Shown one piece after another: positions 20,782 to 33,598 of a DNA stretch of 64,000 bases (position 1 is its first letter; the number at the start of each line of letters is the position of its first letter). Location: NCBI GenBank assembly GCA_964019425.1, contig OZ025787.1:1-64000 (forward strand), given 5' to 3'. The DNA is from Flectonema sp. DT1601 (lineage: Eukaryota). The notes beneath the pieces were generated by a model, which saw nothing but the letters and a program-made list of their open reading frames with translations, was not told where the DNA came from and searched no databases. The translations under genes were made by a program, and so were the position numbers.

Positions 20782-22508
20782 TCATCGCATGTTCACAGGT
20801 GCTAATGACCGTTTTTGCATCGCCGATGGAGTTGGTAAATTGCCGTAACTATGCGGCTGCGGTTTGTAAGCTATCTTTTCAGGGCGCGTGAATTGCGTCG
20901 GGTGCGGCAAAGCAGGCGGCAGTCGGGTGTTGATTTTTGCAAGAGGCTGCGAGGGAATTATTTTAGGTGGAGCAGGAGATGGAGGTGCAGATAATCCAGA
21001 ACTGATGTGGTGCTGCACTCGAGGTACTCTCACTAAGTGAGGATTACGGATGTTGACATTGTGGTGGTTGACGTTGTGACCAATCATACCCTGAAGCTCT
21101 CGTTCTTTCATTAATTCTCGTTGTCGAAGGGAATCGGAGACTCCATCTGATTGGTTTCTCATTTGATGAGAATTTGGAGGTTTGAAGTGCATATTCCGCC
21201 GCAATGCCTCATTTTGAGCCATAAAGGGATCAGCATGAAGCTTTCTCTGAACTCCATGAGTCGGGGGCAACATCGACTGCTGAGAAGGCAGCACTCGTGG
21301 AAGAGAAGTTCTGGGAGTTGGATTTTTGAAGTCTCCGAACTCTCGTCTTATTGCCTCCCTGTTCGATTGTCTTTCGGTTTCAATCGTAGTATCGATCCTT
21401 TTCGATACCTCGTTGGGGTTGTCATCCCTCTTCAATGCAACCTCCTCTTGATTCACATCCCCCTCTGAAGACATCTTTACGTACCCTGGCAGCAATTTAT
21501 GCCTCAACATTTGTTCGCTATAAGCCGCTGGCGCTCCTGCTGCTCCACTTACCCATTGCCCTAACCTTTTACGTACTATTGGAGCAGATAATATCTGTCC
21601 GAGTAGCAGTCTCTGTCTTGGGTCTCTAACAAGAATCTTGTGGACAAATATCCGCAGTTCCTGCGTGTAGAAAGAAGGCGGCGGCTCAAAGTGGACGCGA
21701 AGCTGTGTTTCGTGTTGAAAACTGTGCGCAATCACAATGACTATTAAAGTATTTGAGTTGAAAACAAAAACGCAACATACAATCTTTGTCATCAGGGACT
21801 TCATATCGCTGGCGTTAAAAGGATGCTTCAGCGTCATCATCTCGTAAAGAACAACTCCAAGAGCCCAGACGTCACTGTTTTAAATTAGTTTAAATATTTG
21901 GAGTGAGATTTACTTCTCCCCTATGGGGACAAACGAGTCCATTGTGGAGCATACCTTCGAGTGTCATAGGGTTTTTCCTGCACAAGTTCAGGTGAGAGGT
22001 AGTAGGGCGTACCAACAAAAGTATGCGCTTGATCGAATGTATTTTGCAGTTCTCGAGCAACACCAAAGTCACCGACTTTAATAATCCCTTGGGAAGTCAG
22101 AAAGATATTTTGTGTTTTAATATCGCGGTGGAGGATGTGCTTCTGATGGATCGCATTGACCGCGAGACAGATCTGAATAAACCAGTCGAGGATAACATTC
22201 TCACGAAGATGCCCGCGGCTAACTTTTAGCTTGCTAGCTAAGTCTCCAGCCTCTGCGTATTCCATCACAATGCAAAGGTGGTCACTCCGTCTTGCTAAGA
22301 ATGAATCGACGTAATTTATAATATTCGGGTGCTTTAACGAGCTCAGTACACGAGCTTCATTCAACGCCTGCTTCCTCTCTTTCCTCGACATGTTAGCAAG
22401 ATCAATCTGTTTCATGACGTAATGAGTTCCATCTTCGTTGTGTTTCATTAGATAACAGGCGCCCATATTCCCCTTCCCAATGTTCTTAATCTTAGTGTAC
22501 TTGTCCAT
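20782..22508 (-). CDS. NEK: NIMA-related (NEK) protein kinase; introns 21875-21954 and 21703-21780
   Basis: IGKGNMG, VMKQI, HRDIKTQNIFL, GDFG, GTPYYLSPE. Splicing restores KPYDTRSDVWALG and MTKILRVHFEP. Confidence 0.93.
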
Positions 22509-23321
22509 TAGATATGTGGCTGTTAGTACTTATCTCTTCATAATTATGATGTGTCGCGGAGGGTCGGTAATTACCGAGCCCGACCTATTCTGTGAAATAA
22601 ATTTAGAACTTCAGAGAGATCATTTGTGAATCAGTTTCGAAATCAACTTCTTTGAGATTGCGATAATCCTCATCTTACGATGCTGTGTTAAATAAGAAAT
22701 TATTTTCAACTTTGGAGAAAATACCAACAACAAACAAAACAAAGCAGCAGAGCAAGGTGTAATGTAATGTAATTAAATTAAGGGGAGACACCAACTGGTT
22801 ATTAATAATCCACCAATAGGATGGATTTGTTATGTTTTTTTAGGTTAATGAGCAACGAAGGGGACGGTAAATTAAGTAGAATGGGATTTCGTTACGTTTC
22901 TTTTTATGCTGCTCAGTGAGGACACTTAAAAAAAGATTAAGAAACAGAAACGAATAAATTACTTGTCAGCAGGTTGCTTCACAAGGGCAGATCAACTAAT
23001 CGAGTTAGAAGTTGCTTAAAATAATAAAAAGGTGATTATTGTTCTCAACTCACAAATATAAAAAAATAATCGCAGCTACTGTCTCACTCAAGCTTGCGGG
23101 CGATCAAATAATTTTAATGGGCAAACCTAACTAACTAACTAATAGGAATGATTGTTTACTTCACTTCCTATGAGAGTATAAGAATAAGAGATCGACTATC
23201 TCTGTACGCTAAACTTTATTAAAGTCACGACTCAGCGTATTTGATTGGCGACTCTCAGACCGAACATGTCAACTCGAAGAGTCGGATCGATGAGATGAAA
23301 TCATTTATCTGATTCCAGTAA

Positions 23322-25427
23322 TCAATCAAATCGAATTCCGTTGGTTCTATCGAGAAGTTCATCAGCGCAGTCTTCCCTATTGAGCCACATCACTTTCTCA
23401 TCAGGTTTGATATCAAGAGTAGACATAACTGTTGGAGGGATTGGATGATCATCTGGAAACTTTTCAAGAAGACCTTCGAAGTCTTGTGGGCGATCCAGTT
23501 TCAAGTGATGAACTAAAATAGGTCTCTGACTGTAAGGAGCTGATAGGATAGAATCCATTACTTTCTTTGTTGCTTCTGGTACGATACCACATTCAGAAAT
23601 GTTATTCGTCCTGATAGCAGCCTCCCAAAACCACATCCCGGGCATCATGTCTTCGAATGCGAAGTCAGTAAAGTTTTCAGCTATTTGAGAGTCACGTATC
23701 CAATGTACCAAATCAAAACTTAAAGTAATACACGGACCACCAGTTCTAAAGAGCTGCGGGAAGTCTGGATGCCAACCAGCTCTCCCGAAGTAAACGCGAG
23801 GAACGCTGAAGGATTGCAAATTTAGAGATATTATATTCAGCCGGTAGTAAGCATCATCATCTCCTTTCATAACGTAATCCGTTTGAAAATGATCAGCAAC
23901 GTACGCAAACCATGCGTATGTCTTACGTGACATACCAACAAGTCTGGAGAGTGACTTTCTCTCAAAGACGTCATCGCTTCCTTTTTTGATATTGCCGCCT
24001 TCTTTAACATCAAAATAAATAATATCCTTGTGCTTCCTCGCTTCCTGAAGCAAATATCGGGAAGGTTCGTAGTCATGTGCCGGGTGTCGCGCCAATAAGT
24101 ATTTTATCAAAACAGTAGCATCTGGAGACCTGTGATAATTCCAAACTGAGCGATACTTAAAAAATGAACTCCGCTGCAAGTTTCTGAGACCCGCAGAGCG
24201 AAAAGTATCTGCCCCGGCGATGCCGAATACGAGAACCCAGGGGCGGAAAGTATCGGCTTCACTTGGGAACATTGCGGTGTCAACTATTGAATTAATCCTT
24301 GGAGGAATACGGATCTTCCTTCGATCTTTTGTGTGAATAAAAAAAGTTGGATCAATTACATATGAAGGAGATAGTTCTCGAGGATCAGACAACAGATTCC
24401 CATCAGGTCTTGGATCAGGAGTCGGAAACGGTTTGTACTGCAGTGGAGTCGCAGTGATCTCCGTACTGAATGATCGATGCATCTGAGCCGGCCACAGATT
24501 CTGATAAAGTGACTTTCTGAGTCCAGTACCTGTATTGTTCTTCTCGTTAAACCACCAATTCGACAAAACGTTCAAATTCTTCCACGGAGCAATTTTGTAG
24601 CTGAAAATCTTAATTTCACTCTGTCGCATTTTCCAGAAGATGGGATCCTCACCAGTGTACAGCAGTGAGTTTGCAGAGAAACGGAACCCGAAATCGTGCC
24701 AATAGTTTCCGCTGTAGAGTTCATTCAAATGATTGTAGGCCCCGACACTGAGGGTGTCTTCGTCAAACTCTGGACGCTCATGAAGAGCGATCTGCCGCGG
24801 ATGGAAGACTAAAACAGAAGTTCCGAAGGAGGGTACCCAGTTGGTTCCGTTATAGTCTAACGTTGCAGCGATTCTTGCAGGAGGAGGGACTTGCATTGTT
24901 AACAGAGGAGTAATGTCACCAGCGATGTAGCTGCCGACATCAATAAATACAATTGTGTGAATCGAGTAGTGTTCTCCCATGTCCCATAATCGGAATTTCG
25001 CAAATTCACGGAGACTGGACGAACCTGGAGTATGCTCATCTAGTCTGACGGTGCAGATTCCCCAGCCAATTTCTAATAGTCGAGTTCTGTGTTCCAATGA
25101 GAGGGGCTCTCCTTCAACTTCTAAAACTATAGGAGAGAATTGAACCTTAGAAAATGCTTTCGCCTGTTTTAACATCTTTTCAAGCGATCTAATCGACCCG
25201 TCTTCCCTGCTGTACGCCATCGACCACAAAGTTACTCTATATCTGAAGTACTTCCTCGCATCGACATTCTCACAAGCTGGTCCCCTTTTCCTATTTTTTC
25301 TCATCATTCGTACTTCCGTAATACGCCGAGTTTTTGTAATTAAAACATCATGTCCTGCTGGCTCCTGTACCCAAATAACCAACAGAAGTAGTGCGATCAC
25401 TACCGTAATGCAAGCCCTTCTGGACAT
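23322..25427 (-). CDS. Type II membrane two-domain glycosyltransferase (GT8-like plus GT31/GT67 beta-1,3-glycosyltransferase-like)
   Basis: N-terminal TM. GT8-like FAKFRLW..IVFID..GDI region. C-terminal EARKHKDII, YVMKGDDDAY and FEDMMPGMW. Confidence 0.75.
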   Translation of the reverse strand: MSRRACITVVIALLLLVIWVQEPAGHDVLITKTRRITEVRMMRKNRKRGPACENVDARKYFRYRVTLWSMAYSREDGSIRSLEKMLKQAKAFSKVQFSPIVLEVEGEPLSLEHRTRLLEIGWGICTVRLDEHTPGSSSLREFAKFRLWDMGEHYSIHTIVFIDVGSYIAGDITPLLTMQVPPPARIAATLDYNGTNWVPSFGTSVLVFHPRQIALHERPEFDEDTLSVGAYNHLNELYSGNYWHDFGFRFSANSLLYTGEDPIFWKMRQSEIKIFSYKIAPWKNLNVLSNWWFNEKNNTGTGLRKSLYQNLWPAQMHRSFSTEITATPLQYKPFPTPDPRPDGNLLSDPRELSPSYVIDPTFFIHTKDRRKIRIPPRINSIVDTAMFPSEADTFRPWVLVFGIAGADTFRSAGLRNLQRSSFFKYRSVWNYHRSPDATVLIKYLLARHPAHDYEPSRYLLQEARKHKDIIYFDVKEGGNIKKGSDDVFERKSLSRLVGMSRKTYAWFAYVADHFQTDYVMKGDDDAYYRLNIISLNLQSFSVPRVYFGRAGWHPDFPQLFRTGGPCITLSFDLVHWIRDSQIAENFTDFAFEDMMPGMWFWEAAIRTNNISECGIVPEATKKVMDSILSAPYSQRPILVHHLKLDRPQDFEGLLEKFPDDHPIPPTVMSTLDIKPDEKVMWLNREDCADELLDRTNGIRFD

Positions 25428-26020
25428 ATCGGTTTGGAAACTGAGAAGTGTAACTCAACAGAACAAGAATAACAACTAAATAGTTCAACCGGACACACCG
25501 TATTCGTGAATCTCATTGTTGTTGTTGGTAGCTGTTTAATGTCATTTACTGAATCGAATCACATTAGAAGTAGGTTTACACTTTATATCCTCCCCACGTG
25601 GATGCAGCGACTCGAGAAAGAAAATGGCACCGCAGTTATTCTCTAAAATAATTTAAAAAAAAAAAAACAGAATAAGAAAGAAAAAAAAACATTAATTACC
25701 TTCGCAGTAAGCAACGTAATGCTGCGACGTAAAATAGAAAAAAAAAAAACGAATTTAACTGGAAACAAAAAGCATCAGTCTTCTAATTAATAAACGACGT
25801 GACTATTTCACCGAATCACTCGTTTGACAGAACACTAATAACAAGTGACGCTTTCAGGTAAAGGTAAGGATAATCCCAGTCAGCAATCACATATTTGGTT
25901 TCACCAACTCTCAAAGTGAAGAAGGGCAACAGACCTGACATCATAAGAGGAAGATGTTTGTGTACAATAATAAACATCAGAAAATTAATTAAAAAACCCT
26001 CCTGCCATACACAGAGATTA

Positions 26021-28529
26021 CTAGTCCCAGTCAGCAGCATCATCTCTGCGGTAGAAGTACATGTACCCAAATCCGAATGGCGGGTTCTCAGATTCCGCAA
26101 CTTTCTCGTCGTTATAAAAATACCACTTCCCTCCCTTCTTAATGTGAGCAACATAATGTCCACAGGTTGTGTTTTTGCCAACGTGGGAGACGAAAGCAAC
26201 GAGAGAGTACTTCCCCTCACCATCCTCACACGGAGCCTCTGGTGGGGGTCCTGATGACTGATTTGTTTCTTCTTCCCCATTGTCATCAGGGTGGCTGAAT
26301 AGCCAGTCTGCCGCACGATCAGGGCTCATAGAAGTGTTTTTCAAAGCTTTCTTAACCTGCTTCTCAGTGAAACCTAATCCCATCAATAATTGAACATCTT
26401 CATCAGAAAATTCCACACTCGAACTAACGGCCGATTGACTTTCTTTAGGAGGCTCAGCAAAGTCGTCATCACCCATGTGTTGAAGAACCCATTCCATGGC
26501 AGCTTCCATCGATGAATTCTTAACTGCCAGACAAGCTTTCTTCACACCGTTAACATTGAAATCCATTGAAAGTAACTGCGCCATTATTGTCTCATCAGGT
26601 TCGATTTCTGGCTCCTTCTTCTTTTCACCTGCAGGTAGCTCTTCTTCACCAGCCTGTAGTGTATCGCTTCCCTTTAATGCAGAAAGGTCTAATGTTTCCG
26701 GCATTGGAACGACCACTTCCATTTTCTTCAGTTCCCAGGTCTCAGTCACGAAGTATCGCTGCAGGTAGGTGACGAAGTAACGAGGAAAGGTTTTCATGCG
26801 GCTGGTTTTCGTTGCGGTTGTCGTGTCTTTCAAAGCACTACTGTAGAAGTCGTTGATCGTTCCTGTTTTGGGATGTCGAATAGTAAGAAATCAAGTTAAG
26901 TGTTGAATAAAAGTAACAATACACAAATCACATACCTGGCGCAAGATATCTCGACAAGAGTGACTGCAATTGAACTTCGGGGATGACAGGTTCGTCTTTT
27001 TCGTCTTTTTTGCCCTCAGCCTCGTCCTGTTTAACCTTCTCTTTGTATGCTGCAACTTCAGAAGCGTTTACTGCAGCGTCCAATGGAATGTGCAGTCCAA
27101 GCATTCTCTCTTTCGAAGTAGCGTAGCGTACCTTTTTGGTAGTGTTACATGAAATCCGTTCGATGGACTCGAACTCAAACAGCGAACTGAGTCGTTTAGA
27201 TCCCGTAAGACGAGGAGCCTCTGCGTGTTCCGATCTTGTTAGTGTCTCAACCAAGTGATTAAAATACTCCTGAGCGTCTTGTTGTCTGGAGCTGCTGAAC
27301 TCAGGGTGATTCTTACCGAAGAGTTTCTTAAACATGTTTGGGCGAACTTGGTAGGAAGGATTGTCGTTTTCACCCTCTTTTGAATGCTTACCGCTACACA
27401 GACCAGATATTAACTTCGCCATTTGAGCAACGTGATCGTTTGGGATATCGTCCGGGGCAGTCATAAAAACCGCTTCGCTGTTATTGTAGTACCTCTCAGC
27501 CACTTCTGGAAGCGCAGCAAGGCATTGCATCACAGATGCGATGTAGCAGCTGTTACCAATGTTTGTAAGTCCCTGGAAGCCTGGTCCGAAGACTGGAGGG
27601 AGTTCTTTGTTTCCTTCGAGAATAGCAAACGAGTCGTGGTTGATATTAAATTCAACGCAGAGCTCAGAAGTTGTCTTCACAGTCTTCTCTTGTTTCATAA
27701 TATCAATTCCTAAGTTAGCGAGATGCTCTGCTAGTTTCGGATCTCTACACGATCTGTCTTCAGCATATGAAAACACGTCACCTCCCTGTGGAGTGATAGT
27801 TCCCAACTTTACTGCCAGCGGGTACTTCTTTCCCGTGTTTTCAAAATGAACAAGAGCACCTCCGGATCCTCCGCTGCCATCGGCGTACTTTCTGCCACCT
27901 CCAATATGACCAGTTGATAAGTTTAACCACAAGTTATCTTTGGTACCAAATTCTTGGCATTTCCACTGTGACGGGTCCGGAGAAACCTTCGGAGGGTCAG
28001 ATATCTGAACCAAGTCAGCAGCATAAACACTATCAGTCACAGCCTCATCGTCTTCCCAAGCGAGTACATCATCCTTGTAGGAAGCTCCATCTGATTTTAT
28101 AATTGCATTGCAGGCATCAACGACAACAGTCGGAAGGTCATCTACTAAAGGTACTTTCTTAATACCATCCGCAGTTACAATTGCGAGAGAGTGGTCCTTG
28201 ACGATATCGAACTGAGGTCCGGCAGTGAAACCACCCTCAACTCCAATTGCCATCTTAGTAGGGTCCGGAATGTCTTCTTTTGGTTTGAAGACTTTATGAA
28301 ACTTCTCGTGGAGGTACAACGTGTTACCGTTTCCTGAAGAGTCAGCTTCCACTCGGTCTCTTGCGAAGCCATACCAGGATGCCAAACTGACAAAAAGCCC
28401 TTCCTCGCAAAATGGATTTTCGAAAGAAAAAGCACATTCATCTTTATAAACTCTGTCAAACTGCGTAGGTGCTTTTACGGCCTTCATTCCAGCACGGATG
28501 GCCGCGAGGTCTGTCTCAGACACCGTCAT
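26021..28529 (-). CDS. USP5: Ubiquitin carboxyl-terminal hydrolase USP5/USP13/Ubp14; intron 26863-26935
   Basis: ZnF-UBP region (NLWLNL, YPLAVKLGTITP), Cys box GLTNIGNSCY, QQDAQEY, two UBA domains, His box GHYVAHI. Confidence 0.95.
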
Positions 28530-29929
28530 TTAGTGTGTTTGTTCGAATTCTTCTAAAATATAATTATGCGCACGAAGTAATTCCTTCAATTAACTCACAA
28601 CTTGTATTAATTTACTACGAATCTTATTTTTTATTTTACCTGTGAAAAGGATGAGTTTGATAAATTCTGACTTGGATTATGAATTCCCAAATTCGGCAAC
28701 TCCCGCAACCTCACACATCATGGTATTGATATTTGAGTCTAGCATTCGTTCTGAAACAAGGATTTTGTTGTTATTTTAAGTAAGAAGCGGTAGTGGTGGT
28801 GATGTTCTTATTTCATGCAAAAATCTATCATTTCCATTGTGCTCAACTAACGCAATTCCCATGTCATACACGTCGGCGGCTACTGTTAAAGTATCCACCA
28901 ACTTATCTTCCGAGAACCTTTAATGTAATCGAAATAGATGTTCCGTTATCGACAGATGTTTGTGGGTTTGACGGTATCCTTGAAGAGCTTTAAGCAGTGG
29001 AAAAGTAATAGAGAAGACGATTGCAAGAACATCCATCCACCAAAGTAGTTAAACACCACCGTTCTTACAAAAAAATATAAAAAAAAAAAGGAAGAAATAA
29101 ATAATGAAAAAAAAGAAAATATGAATAATAAAGAGAAACCCCCAAAAGGAAGAGAAATAACATTCCGTTGTCTCCGTTTTTTAAAATGGACACACGGAGC
29201 TTCCATGTCCAGAGTCACGATTTAAGAAGGCTAACTTTGCTTCTTAATTTGGAGCAAAATACGAGTCGGAGACCGCACCGGAGTTATAGTTTCTTCCATT
29301 GTAACGATAAAAATAAAAAAAAAATGAAGTAAAAAAAAACAACGAGAAGTTACTACCACAGCCATCAACTCTCATCAGGAGTAGCAGTAAAGTAAAAACG
29401 TTCGTCCGCTGAGTCTCACCGGGGCTGGAAATAGAGAGAGCTGGTTCAGCTGTATTCAATTCGCTACACAATAAAATTATATTCATTATAATAATATCAC
29501 AACACACACAGTGGCCAAGTGATGATGACTGAAATACCTAAACTATGAAATGTTTCTCATGATGAGATTATTTATCTTAGTCAGGTATCAAAGACTTCAC
29601 TTCAGGGGAAATATTTAGAGGGATAATTGTTGTTTCCTAACCAAGTGCTCCCTGTACACAACGATATGTTGCACTACAGTACGTTGGAATTAAAAAAAAA
29701 CAATTGAAACCGATAACATCAAACGGAACTTATCCTTGCAAGACGGCCTGCGATAGCTTCGCAGCACATAACAGTTGCCGCCAACGAGGTACCAAATGAG
29801 TTGCTCTGCGTTTAATTCGACTCTCGCCAGGTCACATCATGAGGAGGAGGGGGGACAAGTTCCTTAACAACTGTAATTTTGTAAAAGCCACAACTTAGGG
29901 AGAGGGAACGGAAAGGTGGTTGAACTCCC

Positions 29930-30649
29930 CTAACAATTTTGAAGGGTAATGTTTTGTGATCCAGCAAACATGTGATGCTGCCAGTTAAGTCCAACCTGAC
30001 CAACACCCAAAGAGTACGCGACATTTATCATCATTCCCTTAAACAGTGGCATGTCGTATGAACTGTTGGTCTGCAGATCACGGAAGTAACGGGCAAAAAT
30101 TAAATTTCCAACAATAAGTTGGTCCTGTACTACGATCGATGGAAGTGGAGCACGGGCAGGTGGACCAGGTTGGGTTGTAATAACCATGTCTTGAACACCT
30201 CTTCTGTCGAAAGCGACGACATCAATTCCATACATGTGGCCAATTGATGAGTTGTGAACATTTCTAAATCCAACAGCACCGTAGCCTGATGATGTAGTGG
30301 CGGCACTGATACGAATGGCTGGCTTGTAGAACGGAGTGGAATAACCCAATTCGTAAGTGATGTTCATAACACCACCTGGGGCTGCAACTGCGAAGAATGG
30401 ACCGCAAGTTGGAGTAAACGTGCGTACCTGTGGTTCATTAATGGTTTTAGGTTCTTCAATCACATCTGTTGAATCCGGGAAGACATTTGAAGATAAGATG
30501 GTCATGAAGAGAGCAATCGCTCCCATAAGTACCAAACCAGCTACGATCGCAACGACCTTTCCCACTCTCGGGCTCTCCTCTTCCTCTGGCATCGGCTTCT
30601 CCACTTCGAACTCCTTGACGGTGATTTCCAAGTTGTTTGACTGCTGCAT
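29930..30649 (-). CDS. Type II membrane protein with DOMON-like domain (paralog A)
   Basis: Single TM, then GYGAVGF..HMYGIDVV and a C-terminal HH, matching the DOMON pattern. Confidence 0.7.
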   Translation of the reverse strand: MQQSNNLEITVKEFEVEKPMPEEEESPRVGKVVAIVAGLVLMGAIALFMTILSSNVFPDSTDVIEEPKTINEPQVRTFTPTCGPFFAVAAPGGVMNITYELGYSTPFYKPAIRISAATTSSGYGAVGFRNVHNSSIGHMYGIDVVAFDRRGVQDMVITTQPGPPARAPLPSIVVQDQLIVGNLIFARYFRDLQTNSSYDMPLFKGMMINVAYSLGVGQVGLNWQHHMFAGSQNITLQNC

Positions 30650-31862
30650 TTTGTGAAAGTTAGAAGTTAAGTGTCTGGAGAAATGGAATTAAATTATTTC
30701 GGCAGATCCTAAAAATGTTTCATAACGTGATACTTAAAGTGGAGAGAGAAGCTACCAAACGCTCGCTGAAATTACCTTTGGGTGAGAACTGCAGAGTTCG
30801 ACGATTTAAGAATAGTGGGTAGAAGAAGTCAAGCTGCTATTCGGAGGGATAAATAAATATTACGAGAAGAAGCTCAAAAGAGAAAAATACGCAGCAAAGC
30901 GCAAAATCGACCGCACGGAATAGGTCGTGTGGGAGGTGCATCTACTTATCCTTTCTAACCATGACTACCTTAACCAAGTCTTCCGTCCCAGGAGTTGGGG
31001 TCTTCTTCGAGCAACACGGAAACAGATTTGAGTGCCGAAATGGAAGGCAGAGAGGATGTGAAAAGAAAATGGTGCAGACCAACGCAGAATGTAAGTGGCA
31101 TAGATTAGATAGACAAGTCAGCTACAAGTCCCCACATCCACAATAATACAAAACTTACACCAGCAGGGGTCCCAAGTGAGTATTACTTCGTGTGTTCGGA
31201 TTCTTTTCCGCCCACTGGGTGTGCACTTCAATATATTTCAACGCGCTCGTCACCCTCATCAAGTAAACTCACACACACCTTTTCCCTTTTTCAATTTTTC
31301 GAAATGCAAGAAAAAAAAAATAAATAAATTTACCTCCCTTTTTTAGGATTTTTTTTTTTTTTTTTTTTGCGACTCAAGTCAATTGATCGCGTGATTCCAC
31401 AAATTCCTTTTTGTTTTGGACTCTTACTGAGCTCCACTTCTTCCTACATTTGGTAAGTCTCCAATTTCGCACAAAAGATTTAAAACAGATGACCATGTTT
31501 AATCGTAAACGGTCAGAAACAGGATTGCTAATGAAGTTCTTAAAACCAGGCCACGGGGACATCGCAAACCTTTTGTGCGGACTTGGAGGATTCCCACTCT
31601 CCCCTTGTGCATTTAAATTTCTATGTTCAAAAAAAAAAAAAAAAAAAAAAAGAAATATAGTTCCCTTACGAATACAGGTTAGAAATAGAAAAGCCGTCCC
31701 AATATTATCTACGAGTGAAGTGATACCAGGTTCGGGCAAAAGACGGACCCTTCTAACTTAGAATATGAGTTTGTTAAAAAAAAAAGTGCACCTAATCAAG
31801 ATGCAAAAAAGAAAAGGTAAAAAAACATATTATTCTGCTGTTCCATTTCACACTGCACGTAG

Positions 31863-31917
31863 TCTTATACTACTTGACCCCTCAGGCCTTCATTAGTAAG
31901 TTCCGTAACTTCATTCT
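31863..31917 (-). repeat. Short dispersed repeat, degenerate hammerhead-like (copy 1)
   Basis: Homologous to 33385-33443. Confidence 0.5.
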
Positions 31918-33384
31918 GGTTTTTTTATAATTCGGATTTATCAACTGTTCTATCAGAGGATGGGTTTTGGTCAGCTGAGTTCTATTTCAACTGCGGCTCG
32001 TTCAATGACCCGACTTTTTGCGTCTTTATTTACTGCCGAAATAATTCCTTCGTTCGATTGTACAGTTGTTGTCATTGCAAAGAAGTTTTTCTTATAAAAT
32101 CAAAACAGTATTCTGAATATCTGAAATATCTGTCGTAATGGTCGAATGATAGACCTCAAAAGAGATAAAGGGATAACAATGTCACACGTATCTTAGCTTT
32201 ATTTAAATGAATGTGGAGGCTATTTCTGAGTAATCAAAAGAACTGGTGGATTTCCGTTGAGTTTTTCTGGTTCGCTATCCTAAAAACAGTTCGTTAGAGT
32301 AGCAAGTTCTACTTTCTGATTACAAATAGCTGACATTCATTCTGTTTATAAAGATAAAGATGGTCAATAACATAAAATCCATGTGATGCCCATCCACACA
32401 TACAACACAGATATCGTTTGCTACTACAAAAATTAAATTCATTTCTGAGTGGGTTGAACAAATAAGAGAAAAAATAACCAAAATAAGAACAGAACACTAA
32501 TAGGATTATTGTTGGCGTGGGTTTCAGTTCGCATTCCGTTGAACGCGATACATTTTCTTTATATATATAGATTTTCAAACACGAACAACAAATACAAAAC
32601 AAAATAAAAAAGGAACAGAATTGGTTATTCACTCAAATGATATTAAGCTTCAGAGTGGTCATAACCAGAAAGAGAGACGGACCTCCATATGGACTTCTAT
32701 CGTCACTATTGGGTTTAAAAACAGAAAATAAGATGTAAAAAGAAATTCGTAAGCAACAGGAAGAATCTACGTAGGTTTTGATCTACGTTTTTCAGACAGC
32801 ACATCGAAAAGAAAGAAACAAAAAAAAAAAAAAAAAAAAACAGAACCAGGTATTTACTCCTTGTTGATCGGAGTGTTGCTGAGGTTCCAATAAGGGTCTA
32901 ACTTTAAAAATTTGGGACCTCTTATTTAATAGGGAGAAGGAAACAATGAGGTGATACTCCTGCATTGGTTTAGTCAGATCAGATTTACTGAACGACACGT
33001 CTTATTGAACAGATTGCATACGAATGATAACCTCCTTCGATTGGAGTGTTGGCAATCAAAGGAAAGAAGGAAGACCGCTTCGCTTAGTCTTATGGGAGAT
33101 TATATAAATAGAAAGTAGAATAATTTATCTTACAGTTGAGATGGTGCACCGGGAGTGACACGCATACTTCCTGAACGTCTAGAAAAGTTAGAAACTTATT
33201 ATCGATTGAGATGTACGATTGGAGCTTTGGTTGTCTCCCATTTTAACTTTAATATTTTGACACGCATCATTAATTTTAGTATAGAAAAGTGGGAAGAAAA
33301 AATAGAGATACTTAAAAAGAAAAGTATTCATTTCTGCAGTTTCTTAACATCAAAGGGTAATAGAATATGTAGTCTGAACCTTAA

Positions 33385-33443
33385 TCTTATACTACTCGTC
33401 CCTTTTTAGGCCTTCATCAGTAAGTTCTTAGGGACTTCATTCT
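33385..33443 (-). repeat. Short dispersed repeat, degenerate hammerhead-like (copy 2)
   Basis: Minus strand reads CTTA-CTGATGA-AGGCC..GGAC-GAGTAGTA-TAAG. Confidence 0.5.
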
Positions 33444-33476
33444 ATGTTGAAGTTGCTATCGTCCGATTGAGACGTT

Positions 33477-33598
33477 TAGATAGATAAGGAAGTCCAATAC
33501 ATTGCGTACTGAGCATCGCTCTGATACAGCAGACTAAAGAGCATCGGATTAACTCTAGAGAGCTACGAGGTATCAACAACGTAATTAGATCCAATCTT
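33477..33598 (-). mobile_element. Second copy of the SINE/LINE-3'-end-like repeat
   Basis: Aligns by eye with 2875-3007; shorter TCTA tail. Confidence 0.6.
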
